This document shows positions 1 through 7,126 of a stretch of DNA of 29,239 bases, in pieces; within the stretch, counting starts at the first letter, position 1, and the number at the start of each line of letters is the position of its first letter. The stretch comes from Planctomycetota bacterium (GTDB lineage Bacteria; Planctomycetota; Planctomycetia; Pirellulales; Lacipirellulaceae). Position numbers and translations under genes: made by a program. A model generated the notes under the pieces. It made no database searches. It was not told where the DNA came from and saw only the letters and a program-made list of their open reading frames with translations. Location of the stretch: the NCBI GenBank assembly GCA_039190745.1, contig JBCCXZ010000055.1:1-29239 (forward strand), read 5' to 3'.

Positions 1-123
1 GTCGAAGTAGCCGTCGTCGTCGGTGCTCCAGATGAGCACCGGCGCGCTCTCGATGAGGTCGCGGGCTGCGTTGTGATCGTCTGCTGGGTTGAAGTCGTTC
101 GCCATCGCCGCTTTCGCTTGCAT
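1..123 (-). CDS. PAS-domain sensor protein, N-terminal fragment (runs off window)
   Basis: Not in the ORF track. Manual translation from ATG 123 (alternative ATG 105): MQAKAAMANDFNPADDHNAARDLIESAPVLIWSTDDDGYFD. 'LIESAPVLIWSTDxDG' is a typical PAS-fold start. Confidence 0.75.
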   Translation of the reverse strand, partial: MQAKAAMANDFNPADDHNAARDLIESAPVLIWSTDDDGYFD

Positions 124-344
124 TGGGGGCGGTCAGGGTAAGCGCCGAGACAGTTTTCGACTGTTTGCGCAGCGCACATCCCGGAAGAAGACGCCGTGGT
201 ACTCTCGCAAACGTAGGCCCGCTCTAGCGCAATGCCAGCAAGAAAGCCTTTTCACGGCTTGGTTTTCCGCCGGAGCAGCGGTAGCCCGAAGCCCTTGCGG
301 AGAGCCGGCGCCGGGCGGGCCGGTTGTAGGGAGAATCCGGTCTG

Positions 345-1013
345 CTACGAGAGGATCCCGTCGGCCAGGCGGCGGCGAGATTGCATCCGGAGAGCAAGGT
401 CTTCGCTGTGGGTAACCACGACAAGCACGCTGCCCAGGTCGGCGTGCATCTCCAAGAGCAGCGAGACGATGGCTTCGGCGGTGGCGCCGTCGAGGTTGCC
501 GGTCGGCTCGTCGGCCAGCACCAGCCCGGGGCCGCGGACCAGGGCCCGGGCGATCGCCACGCGCTGCCGCTCGCCGCCGGAGAGTTCGGCCGGCCGGTGC
601 AGTCGCCGCTCGGATAGGCCGACCCGCTCGATGAGCGACTCGGCGTGGGCGATCTCTTCCGGGCCGGCGCCGCCGTCGGCCAGGTACGGCACGAGTACGT
701 TCTGCAGCACCGTGCACTGCGGCAACAAGTGGTGGTCTTGGAAGACGTAGCCGATGCGGCGGTTGCGGAAGCGTGCGAGCTCGGCCTCGCCGAGAGTGAA
801 GGGGTTCTCGCCGTCCAACGTGAGCGTGCCGCCGGTGGGCGTTTCGAGCGTGCCGAGGATCGCGAGCAGCGTGCTCTTGCCGGAGCCGCTCGGGCCGAGG
901 ATGGCCGTATTCTGCCCCGGCTCGAGCCGGAGCGACGCATCGCGGAGGACGGTCAGTTCGCCGCCGGGGGCCGGGAAGCTCTTGCGGAGTTGGTCGGCGT
1001 GGAGCCCTTGCAC
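345..1013 (-). CDS. ABC transporter ATP-binding protein, LolD/MJ0796 family
   Basis: Walker A GPSGSGKST, Q-loop GYVFQ, signature LSGGERQR, Walker B VLADEPTGNLD, H-loop VVTH. GAGG upstream of the GTG start. Confidence 0.92.
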   Translation of the reverse strand: MQGLHADQLRKSFPAPGGELTVLRDASLRLEPGQNTAILGPSGSGKSTLLAILGTLETPTGGTLTLDGENPFTLGEAELARFRNRRIGYVFQDHHLLPQCTVLQNVLVPYLADGGAGPEEIAHAESLIERVGLSERRLHRPAELSGGERQRVAIARALVRGPGLVLADEPTGNLDGATAEAIVSLLLEMHADLGSVLVVVTHSEDLALRMQSRRRLADGILS

Positions 1014-1032
1014 GTTTGCCTCTCGGGGCGTG

Positions 1033-1452
1033 TCACGCGGCGTGCGTGCGGAGCAGGTCGGCGATGTCGTCGGGGATCGAGATCGAACGCGGCGGGGCGT
1101 CGGGCGAGACGACGCAGCAGACGCAGGTCATCTCTCCCTGGGCGACCTCGCGGCCGTCGAGGGTGAAGTCGAAGCGGTAGCTGATGCTCTTCGTTCCGAG
1201 ACGGGCAATCGAGACGGCGATCTCGAGCACGTCTTCGCAGCGTGCCGGCGAGCGGTAGTCGCAGGAGGCAGCGACCCGGGGGAAGCTGATCGATTGGCCG
1301 TCGATCTTGGTGAAGATGCTCAGGCCGAGCGAGCGGATGAACTCGTGCTCGGCCGACTCCATGTAGGTGAAGAACGACGCGAAGTGCATGATGCCCGCCA
1401 TGTCGGTGTCGTGGAACTCCACGAGGCGGGTCGTTTGGAAGGGCGTCGGCAT
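1033..1452 (-). CDS. Acyl-CoA thioesterase, 4HBT/YbgC hotdog-fold family
   Basis: Motif V.FHDTDMAGIMHFASFFTYMESA, then CDYRSPAR..D.L. GGAGG RBS upstream. Confidence 0.88.
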   Translation of the reverse strand: MPTPFQTTRLVEFHDTDMAGIMHFASFFTYMESAEHEFIRSLGLSIFTKIDGQSISFPRVAASCDYRSPARCEDVLEIAVSIARLGTKSISYRFDFTLDGREVAQGEMTCVCCVVSPDAPPRSISIPDDIADLLRTHAA

Positions 1453-1497
1453 GGTCCGCGCGCCTCCGGGGGGCCTTCTCCTAGGGGCGTTCGCCGG

Positions 1498-1740
1498 CTA
1501 GCGGCCGACGTAGGGCAGCAGGGCCATGAAACGGGCCCGCTTGATGGCCTTCGAGACGGCGTGCTGGCTGGCGGCCTGGCAGCCGGTCTTGCGGCGGCCG
1601 ACGATCCGGCCGTGCCGGTTGGTGAGCTTTGCCAGGAGGTCGAGGTCTTTGTAGTCCACGAACATCGGGCGGGGCACGACGCCGTCGACGACCAACGGGT
1701 CTTTCTTCACCACCTTACGGGCTGGCTTACGCTTGGCCAT
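1498..1740 (-). CDS. rpsR: 30S ribosomal protein S18 (lacks the Zn-ribbon cysteines)
   Basis: VDYKDLDLL, GRIVGRRKTG and AIKRARFMALLPY are S18 hallmarks. Confidence 0.96.
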   Translation of the reverse strand: MAKRKPARKVVKKDPLVVDGVVPRPMFVDYKDLDLLAKLTNRHGRIVGRRKTGCQAASQHAVSKAIKRARFMALLPYVGR

Positions 1741-1826
1741 CTCGAACTTCTCTTGCCTGGGTTTGCTGCTGGGCTGCTGAGTGGGGCGGCCGTTGCTGCG
1801 GGCCGCCGCCGATCCGGTAGCCCCGT

Positions 1827-1832
1827 ATCATA
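1827..1832 (-). promoter_or_regulatory. Putative -10 box (TATGAT) for rpsR
   Basis: TATGAT on the minus strand overlapping the GT4 stop codon, about 87 nt upstream of rpsR. Confidence 0.4.
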
Positions 1833-3162
1833 CCCGAACACGATCTCCTCGCAACCCGTCGGCTTGCAACCGGTCGGCCGCTATCCGCTGGTAGAGCTGG
1901 AGGGTCCGTTCGGCCATGCGGTCGGCGTGGTAGTGCTTGTGGACCTTGCTGCGGCCGCGCTCGCCGAGTTCGGCGGCTTGGGAATCGTCTTTGAGCAGAC
2001 CGGCCAGTCTCTCGGCGAGCTCGGCGGCGTTGTGGGGCTCGAAGAGCACCCCGCCGCCGGTGTCGGAGATGATCTCGGGGAACGAGCCGTGCTCGGGGAC
2101 CACCACCGGCGTGCCGTTGGCCAGGGATTCCAGCACGGGCAGGCCCTTGCTCTCGCGGTAGACGGTGGGCAGGGCCATCAGGTGCAGCGATTGGAGGAAC
2201 TCGATCTTCTGCCGGCGGTCGAGCTCGCCGAGATAGCGGAACCGCCCCGCGAGCGGGCCGGCGGCCGCTTTCCGCTCGATCTCGGCCAGGTACGCCCGAT
2301 CGCCGGCGCCGAGGTAGCCGGCGGCTTCGATCTCGAAAGGCGGAAGGTCGTCGCGGGCGGCGAGCAGCTCACCCGCCTCGGCCAGGAGGTGCAGGCCCTT
2401 GTCGTGGCAGACGCGGGCGAGGTAGCCGATGCGGCGCGTGGCGCCCTCGGGGCGGTTCGGCTCGGTCGCGTGGCCGTTGAGCAGCAGGCCGTGGGGGATG
2501 ACTTCGATCTTCGACCGGTCGACCGCGAGGTAGTCGGCCATGAAATCGGCGTAGTAGCCGTTGAGCGCGACGAAGGCGTCGATGTCGGCGGCCCGGTCGC
2601 GGAGCAGGTCGCGGGCCTGGTCGTAGTGCGGCGCGGTTAGTTTCTCCAGGAAGATGTCTTCGCCGGAGAGCGAGCAGACTACGGGCGGCCCGCCGCGACG
2701 GGCGATCTGCCGGGCGACGCCGATCATCATCGAGTTGGAGAGGTGGATCACATCCGGGCGGTCGGCGCCGACGATCCAGTCGACGAGCCGGTCGACCTCT
2801 TTGCGTTGGTTGCCGTCTTCGCCGCGTAGCATCGAGACGGTCAGTCCGCCGAGCTTAGAGGGATCGACCGACCCGCCGCCGCGGGAGGCCAGCCGCAGCA
2901 GGGCGGGGTGGTCGAGCAGCCGGTCGAGCCACCGCGGCGTGCCGCGGAACAGGCCGGAGAGCTGCTGCAGGTAGACGTTGATGCCGCCGTAGAAGACGCG
3001 GCGGTCGCTGACGTCGGTTTCATCGGTGCGGATGGGGGTGTAGATGGGCGTGAGCGTAACGTCCTCGCCGCGCTCCAGCAGCGCCGCGGCGAGCGTGTTG
3101 TCGTGCAGGCAGCTGCCGCAGTACATGCCGGCGGCGCCGGCGGTGAGGTAGGCGATCTTCAC
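1828..3162 (-). CDS. Glycosyltransferase family 4 (GT-B fold)
   Basis: N-terminal MKIAYL, DVIHL, VIPHG, GYLARVCHDKGLHLL and C-terminal ESKGLPVLESLANGTPVV (E-x7-E). Also carries an N-terminal YCGSC (CxxC) motif. Confidence 0.92.
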   Translation of the reverse strand: MKIAYLTAGAAGMYCGSCLHDNTLAAALLERGEDVTLTPIYTPIRTDETDVSDRRVFYGGINVYLQQLSGLFRGTPRWLDRLLDHPALLRLASRGGGSVDPSKLGGLTVSMLRGEDGNQRKEVDRLVDWIVGADRPDVIHLSNSMMIGVARQIARRGGPPVVCSLSGEDIFLEKLTAPHYDQARDLLRDRAADIDAFVALNGYYADFMADYLAVDRSKIEVIPHGLLLNGHATEPNRPEGATRRIGYLARVCHDKGLHLLAEAGELLAARDDLPPFEIEAAGYLGAGDRAYLAEIERKAAAGPLAGRFRYLGELDRRQKIEFLQSLHLMALPTVYRESKGLPVLESLANGTPVVVPEHGSFPEIISDTGGGVLFEPHNAAELAERLAGLLKDDSQAAELGERGRSKVHKHYHADRMAERTLQLYQRIAADRLQADGLRGDRVRV

Positions 3163-3179
3163 GACGTGCTCAGCCTCTG

Positions 3180-3271
3180 GTCAAGCCAAAATTCTCGGGC
3201 TGTGTGCCGCGTAACCGTTCTTCGCGGGTAGTTCATATCTCACGCACCCAACCCGAGAATATTTGTTTGAC
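3180..3271. repeat. 28-bp imperfect inverted repeat, MITE-like or structured-RNA element
   Basis: 3180-3207 gtcaagccaaaattctcgggctgtgtgc versus 3244-3271 gcacccaacccgagaatatttgtttgac: 23/28 complementary. Inner ccgcg...cgcgg stem at 3207-3227. Confidence 0.7.
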
Positions 3272-3277
3272 GAAGTT

Positions 3278-4858
3278 CTAAGCCTCGGGGAAGAACTTCC
3301 GCAGGGTCGTCTCGCTCGGCGGGCGGGTGGCGAGCGACACGAGCACGAGGCTCACTGCCGAGGCGGTGAAGATCAGCAGGACGGGCATCACCTCGTAGCC
3401 GCCCAGCGATACCGAGTAGGTGCGGATGGGGCCGACGTTGCCCGCGTCGACGGCCCGGTTGACCGCGTCGCCGAAGAAGTAGCCCCACGTGCCGATGGTG
3501 GCGAGCACGCCGGCGTAGGCGCCCCACTTGGTGAGCCGCCGCCAGTAGAGCGACGCCAGCGCCAGCGGGAAGAGCGACGCGAACCCGCTGAAGCACCAGA
3601 CGCCCAGAGCGAACACGCTGGGCGGCTTGAGCAGGCTGAGCAGGTACGTGACGATGACGATACCGATGATGAACGAGCGGGCGAGGCGGATCTCGCGGTC
3701 GTCGGAGAGCTTTTCTTTTGAGTAGTGCTGCACCACGTCGTGCGTGAACATGGTTCCCAAACAAAGGAACTGGCTGTCGAGGCTCGACATGATGGCGGCC
3801 AGGATGCCGGCGGTGAGCAGCCCGGCGAGCACGGGCGCAGCCTGCGACTTCACCAAGAACGGCAGGATGGCGTTGGGCTTGGACTGCAAGGGCGGCGGGA
3901 TGTTGGCCAGCTCGGTGGTGGCCCAGACGCCGATCAGCACGCAGGGCACCCAGACGATCATGATCATCACCGGGTGCATCACCACCGGCAGCTTGAAGCT
4001 GCCCGCGCTCTTGGCGGTGAGCCAGTGCTGGAACAGGTGGGGGAACATCCCCACCGAGAACGGCACCAACAGGTAGGTAAGGAACTTGGTCTTGGACATG
4101 TCGACCCGCGTGGCCCGGTCTTCGGGAATAGCCTCGCCGAGGACGCGCAGATTTTCCAGCAGGCTGTCCTGCCCGCCGAGCTTGCTGGCGATCACGCCGA
4201 AGGTGATGACGCCCAGCACCATGAAGACCAGCGTCTGGAAGGCATTGGCCCACGCCGTGCCCCGCATGCCGCCGATGAAGACGTAGATCAGCACCACGAC
4301 GCAGATCAGCAGCGAGCCGACCTGCGTGGGCAGCCCCAGGTTGGTGGCGGGGTTCTTGGTTTGGAACAGCGCCATGTCCGGCATGGCGCCGGCGGTCATG
4401 GTTTGCATCACGACGCCGCTGGAGATGACGCCGATCAGCAGGTAGGGGATCACCAATCCGACTAAGATCGGGAACAGCAGCAGGCCGATGCGGTCGCTTT
4501 CCAATCGGTCGCGGAAGAACTCGATCTGCGTCTTGTACCCGTAGCGGCGGCCGAAGCCCCAGAGCTTCACGCCGAGCACGAAGAAGCAGAGCGAATGGAT
4601 GATGCCGCTGGACGAGGCCAGCATCCCGTAGACGCCGATGCCCTCTTTGAACGCCTCGCCGCTGGACCCGACTAACGCAAAGGCAGTCATCGTCGTCCCG
4701 AAGAGCGACATCAGCAGCAGGAACGGGCCGATGGAGTGGCTCGCCACGAGGTAGTCGCTCGAGGTGCCGCGGGCCAAGCGGCTGGCGAGGTAGCCGAGCC
4801 CGACGAGCAGGCAGAGGTATACCAGGATGATGATCAGCCGGACGGCGCCGTCGCTCAT
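3278..4858 (-). CDS. Sodium:solute symporter (SSS) family transporter
   Basis: Many TM helices. Motifs DYLVASHSIG, TTMTAFALVG, YVFIGGMRGTAWANAFQ and AAIMSSLDSQ. Confidence 0.93.
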   Translation of the reverse strand: MSDGAVRLIIILVYLCLLVGLGYLASRLARGTSSDYLVASHSIGPFLLLMSLFGTTMTAFALVGSSGEAFKEGIGVYGMLASSSGIIHSLCFFVLGVKLWGFGRRYGYKTQIEFFRDRLESDRIGLLLFPILVGLVIPYLLIGVISSGVVMQTMTAGAMPDMALFQTKNPATNLGLPTQVGSLLICVVVLIYVFIGGMRGTAWANAFQTLVFMVLGVITFGVIASKLGGQDSLLENLRVLGEAIPEDRATRVDMSKTKFLTYLLVPFSVGMFPHLFQHWLTAKSAGSFKLPVVMHPVMIMIVWVPCVLIGVWATTELANIPPPLQSKPNAILPFLVKSQAAPVLAGLLTAGILAAIMSSLDSQFLCLGTMFTHDVVQHYSKEKLSDDREIRLARSFIIGIVIVTYLLSLLKPPSVFALGVWCFSGFASLFPLALASLYWRRLTKWGAYAGVLATIGTWGYFFGDAVNRAVDAGNVGPIRTYSVSLGGYEVMPVLLIFTASAVSLVLVSLATRPPSETTLRKFFPEA

Positions 4859-5106
4859 GCCTGGGCCTCCGGTTGCTCAGCGCTGGGGCTTTCGACACGG
4901 TGCGCTTCGGGCATCGCCTCACGGTCTGTCGGCCAGCAGAGGTTTACCGCCAGCAGCCACACCAGGCACGCCGACACCGAGATGCAAGCGTGGTAGAAGA
5001 GCCCAACGGGCATGAAGCCGAACACCAGCGTGTCGTCTTCCCAGAACCAGTTGTCCTGGTGCAGGACGACCAGCAGCGCTACGAGGGCCCAGACGTATCG
5101 TTGCAT
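4855..5106 (-). CDS. Small two-TM partner of the SSS transporter (DUF3311-like)
   Basis: LHQDNWFW...LVFGFMPVGLFYH. ATGA overlap with the SSS start, the usual arrangement for SSS accessory proteins. Confidence 0.8.
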   Translation of the reverse strand: MQRYVWALVALLVVLHQDNWFWEDDTLVFGFMPVGLFYHACISVSACLVWLLAVNLCWPTDREAMPEAHRVESPSAEQPEAQA

Positions 5107-5150
5107 GCGGGTTCCGAGGCGGGGGAAGAGGCGGGGAACGTCAACCGCTC

Positions 5151-5156
5151 ATCGTA
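5151..5156 (-). promoter_or_regulatory. Putative -10 box (TACGAT) for the DUF3311-like/SSS genes
   Basis: TAnnnT hexamer in the 86-nt gap, 44 nt upstream of the ATG at 5106. Confidence 0.35.
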
Positions 5157-5192
5157 ATGCAACGCACCGCGGGAGGGGAGGGCGGTCGGCGT

Positions 5193-6464
5193 TTAGAGGG
5201 CGGCTTCGGCCCGGCGCTCGGCGAGCCAAGGCTCGAGGTCGGCGAAAATCGCCCCCCGCTCGCCGTCGAAGATCCGGCCGATCAGCAGGTCGACCAGCTC
5301 GTCGTTGTGCTGCGGGTACTCTTTGAGGAACTGACCGACGCGGAACTCGCCGGAGTAAAAGGCGTGGACTAGCTTGCGGACCAGGGAGGTGCGCTCGGAG
5401 AACGGCTGGACCCAGGCCCCGAGCCGCTCGCCGGTTGGCTCGCCGGCTTGTAGGGCGTCGACGACGCAGTCGGCGGCGAGTTCACCCGACTTCACCGCGA
5501 AGTACACCCCCGAGGAATAGACAGGGTCGATGAATCCCCAGGCGTCGCCCACCAGCACCCAGCCGTCGCCGGCGCTGCGCTCGGTGGTGTAGGAGAACTC
5601 CTTGGCGGCCCGCATCTCGTCGACCTGCTTGGCGTCGGCGAGCCAGCCCTGCAGCGTGGGGCACTTCGTGAGTTCTTCGTCGAACACCTGCTGCGGGGTT
5701 CCCCGTCCGGTGAGCAAGTAGTCGCGGTCACCGACGACGCCGACGCTCACCACGCCGCTCGACTGGGGGATGTACCAGAACCAGCTCTCTTTGTTCTGGG
5801 TTTGCATGATGATGGTGCGGACGCCGCCGTCTTGGCAGTGGTCGGGGGCGCCGGTGTAGTGCGCCCACACGCCCGCCTTGCGGAGGTCGGGGTTGATGCG
5901 GCGGACACCGAGCTTGCCGGCGAGCATCGCGGATTGGCCGGAGGCGTCGACGACTACCTTAGACGCGATCTCGTGCGTGGCGCCGCCCTGCTGGAGGCGG
6001 ATACCCACGGCACGCTCGCCGTCGAACAGCACGTCGGTCACGCGGGCGTCCTGCCGGCACTCGGCCCCGTGGAATGCGGCGTTCTCGAACAGCATCTGGT
6101 CGAACTCGCCCCGCTCGACGTGCCAGCTGTCGCTGCTCTCGCGGTCGTCGTGCGTGCGGAAGAAAAAGGGCGCCGACTCCTTGCCGGTGTTGCTGACGAA
6201 CTGCACACCGTTTTTCTTGCGGAAGCGGCTCGCCTGGAGCTTCTCGACGACGCCCAGCCGTTGGAAGGTCCAGTACGCCTCGGGCATCAGCGATTCGCCG
6301 ACGTGTTCCCTTGGCATCGACTCTCGCTCTAGCAGCAGAGTGCGGAAGCCGGCTTGCGCGACCAGTGCGGCGACCGTCGAGCCCGCGGGGCCGCCGCCGA
6401 TGATCGTGCAGTCGTATGCCTGGTCGGGCGTGGTCGCGGACGAGGTGTTTTCGGCGCTGACCAT
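5193..6464 (-). CDS. Flavin-dependent halogenase-family oxidoreductase
   Basis: GGGPAG FAD motif, HVGESL.P, RKKNG (position of the catalytic Lys), DASG, WFWYIP (WxWxIP halogenase motif) and GDAWGFIDPVYSSG. Confidence 0.82.
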   Translation of the reverse strand: MVSAENTSSATTPDQAYDCTIIGGGPAGSTVAALVAQAGFRTLLLERESMPREHVGESLMPEAYWTFQRLGVVEKLQASRFRKKNGVQFVSNTGKESAPFFFRTHDDRESSDSWHVERGEFDQMLFENAAFHGAECRQDARVTDVLFDGERAVGIRLQQGGATHEIASKVVVDASGQSAMLAGKLGVRRINPDLRKAGVWAHYTGAPDHCQDGGVRTIIMQTQNKESWFWYIPQSSGVVSVGVVGDRDYLLTGRGTPQQVFDEELTKCPTLQGWLADAKQVDEMRAAKEFSYTTERSAGDGWVLVGDAWGFIDPVYSSGVYFAVKSGELAADCVVDALQAGEPTGERLGAWVQPFSERTSLVRKLVHAFYSGEFRVGQFLKEYPQHNDELVDLLIGRIFDGERGAIFADLEPWLAERRAEAAL

Positions 6465-6499
6465 CGGGAGTGTTTCCAGAGTCGGGAGTGTTTCCAGAG
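6464..6499. repeat. Perfect 18-bp tandem duplication abutting the halogenase start codon
   Basis: tcgggagtgtttccagag at 6464-6481 and 6482-6499. Confidence 0.9.
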
Positions 6500-6528
6500 A
6501 ACGGCGGGGTGGCTAGAGAGCTGGGTGG

Positions 6529-7080
6529 CTAAAGAGTGGCGACTTCCAAAAGCTCAACGGCCGGTTTGCCGTCCACCAGGATGCCTGCACTGCGGGCGTA
6601 GGCGGGTTGGTCGCCGCTCAGGCGTAACAGAGACCGCAGCCGCTCGCCGGCGTTCACCCGCCACAGCTGGTGGAGCTCCACCACGCGGAGCAGGTGGTGC
6701 CGGATCAGCACACGACCCAGTGGCAACGCCCGGGAGAGGATCTCCAGCCGAACGATCTCCGGCAGCCCTACCAGGGCGATCCGCATGATGCCGTACTGCA
6801 CGACCGCCCCGTCCCGTTGCCGCTGCAGCAGCGACTCGCGGGCGTAGAAGTCTTCGTCGGCCCGCTCGTTGAGCGCGTGCAGGTCGACCAGACTGTTGTG
6901 CCAGGCTTCCTGCGTGACGGTCATATGGTCGTGGTGGGCCAGCAGCGAGCGGTACTCGGCCGAGAGGTCTTTCTCGCCAACGGGGACGAGTTCGCCGAAG
7001 TCCTCGACGGGGTCGAAGAACAACTCGATGAGCGACCCCGGCTGGGCGCGGTCTTCCGGTTGGTAGAGCTCTGTTTCCAT
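6529..7080 (-). CDS. Chorismate-lyase-like (UbiC/DUF98/UTRA fold) protein
   Basis: LLAHHDHMTVTQEA, YARESLL, VVQYGIMRI, LPEIVRLEIL...PLGRVL and AYARS.......P...LE match the spacing of chorismate-lyase fold motifs, judged by eye. Confidence 0.6.
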   Translation of the reverse strand: METELYQPEDRAQPGSLIELFFDPVEDFGELVPVGEKDLSAEYRSLLAHHDHMTVTQEAWHNSLVDLHALNERADEDFYARESLLQRQRDGAVVQYGIMRIALVGLPEIVRLEILSRALPLGRVLIRHHLLRVVELHQLWRVNAGERLRSLLRLSGDQPAYARSAGILVDGKPAVELLEVATL

Positions 7081-7088
7081 ACCGGTGG

Positions 7089-7094
7089 ATTGTA
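7089..7094 (-). promoter_or_regulatory. -10 box TACAAT, probable leaderless promoter
   Basis: TACAAT lies 8 nt before the ATG at 7080, with no SD between them. Confidence 0.55.
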
Positions 7095-7126
7095 GGTCCG
7101 CCGGGCGGGGGGGTCGACCGCGGCGG

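Noticed and set aside
124..344. Possible riboswitch in the leader of the PAS gene
   Set aside because: Only short hairpins (for example acagt-tttcg-actgt); no recognisable c-di-GMP or other aptamer consensus.
754..2640. 628-aa plus-strand ORF
   Set aside because: Antisense shadow across four well-supported minus-strand genes; no recognisable motifs; typical of high-GC DNA.
3240..4922. 560-aa Arg/Pro-rich alternative-frame ORF
   Set aside because: Overlaps the SSS transporter in another frame; its composition is a GC3 artefact.
5116..5138. gaggcgggggaa/gaggcggggaa tandem upstream of the DUF3311-like gene
   Set aside because: Short and low-complexity; not distinguishable from chance or slippage.
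6464..6536. Direct repeats as a mini-CRISPR
   Set aside because: Only two adjacent copies each, no spacers and no cas genes.
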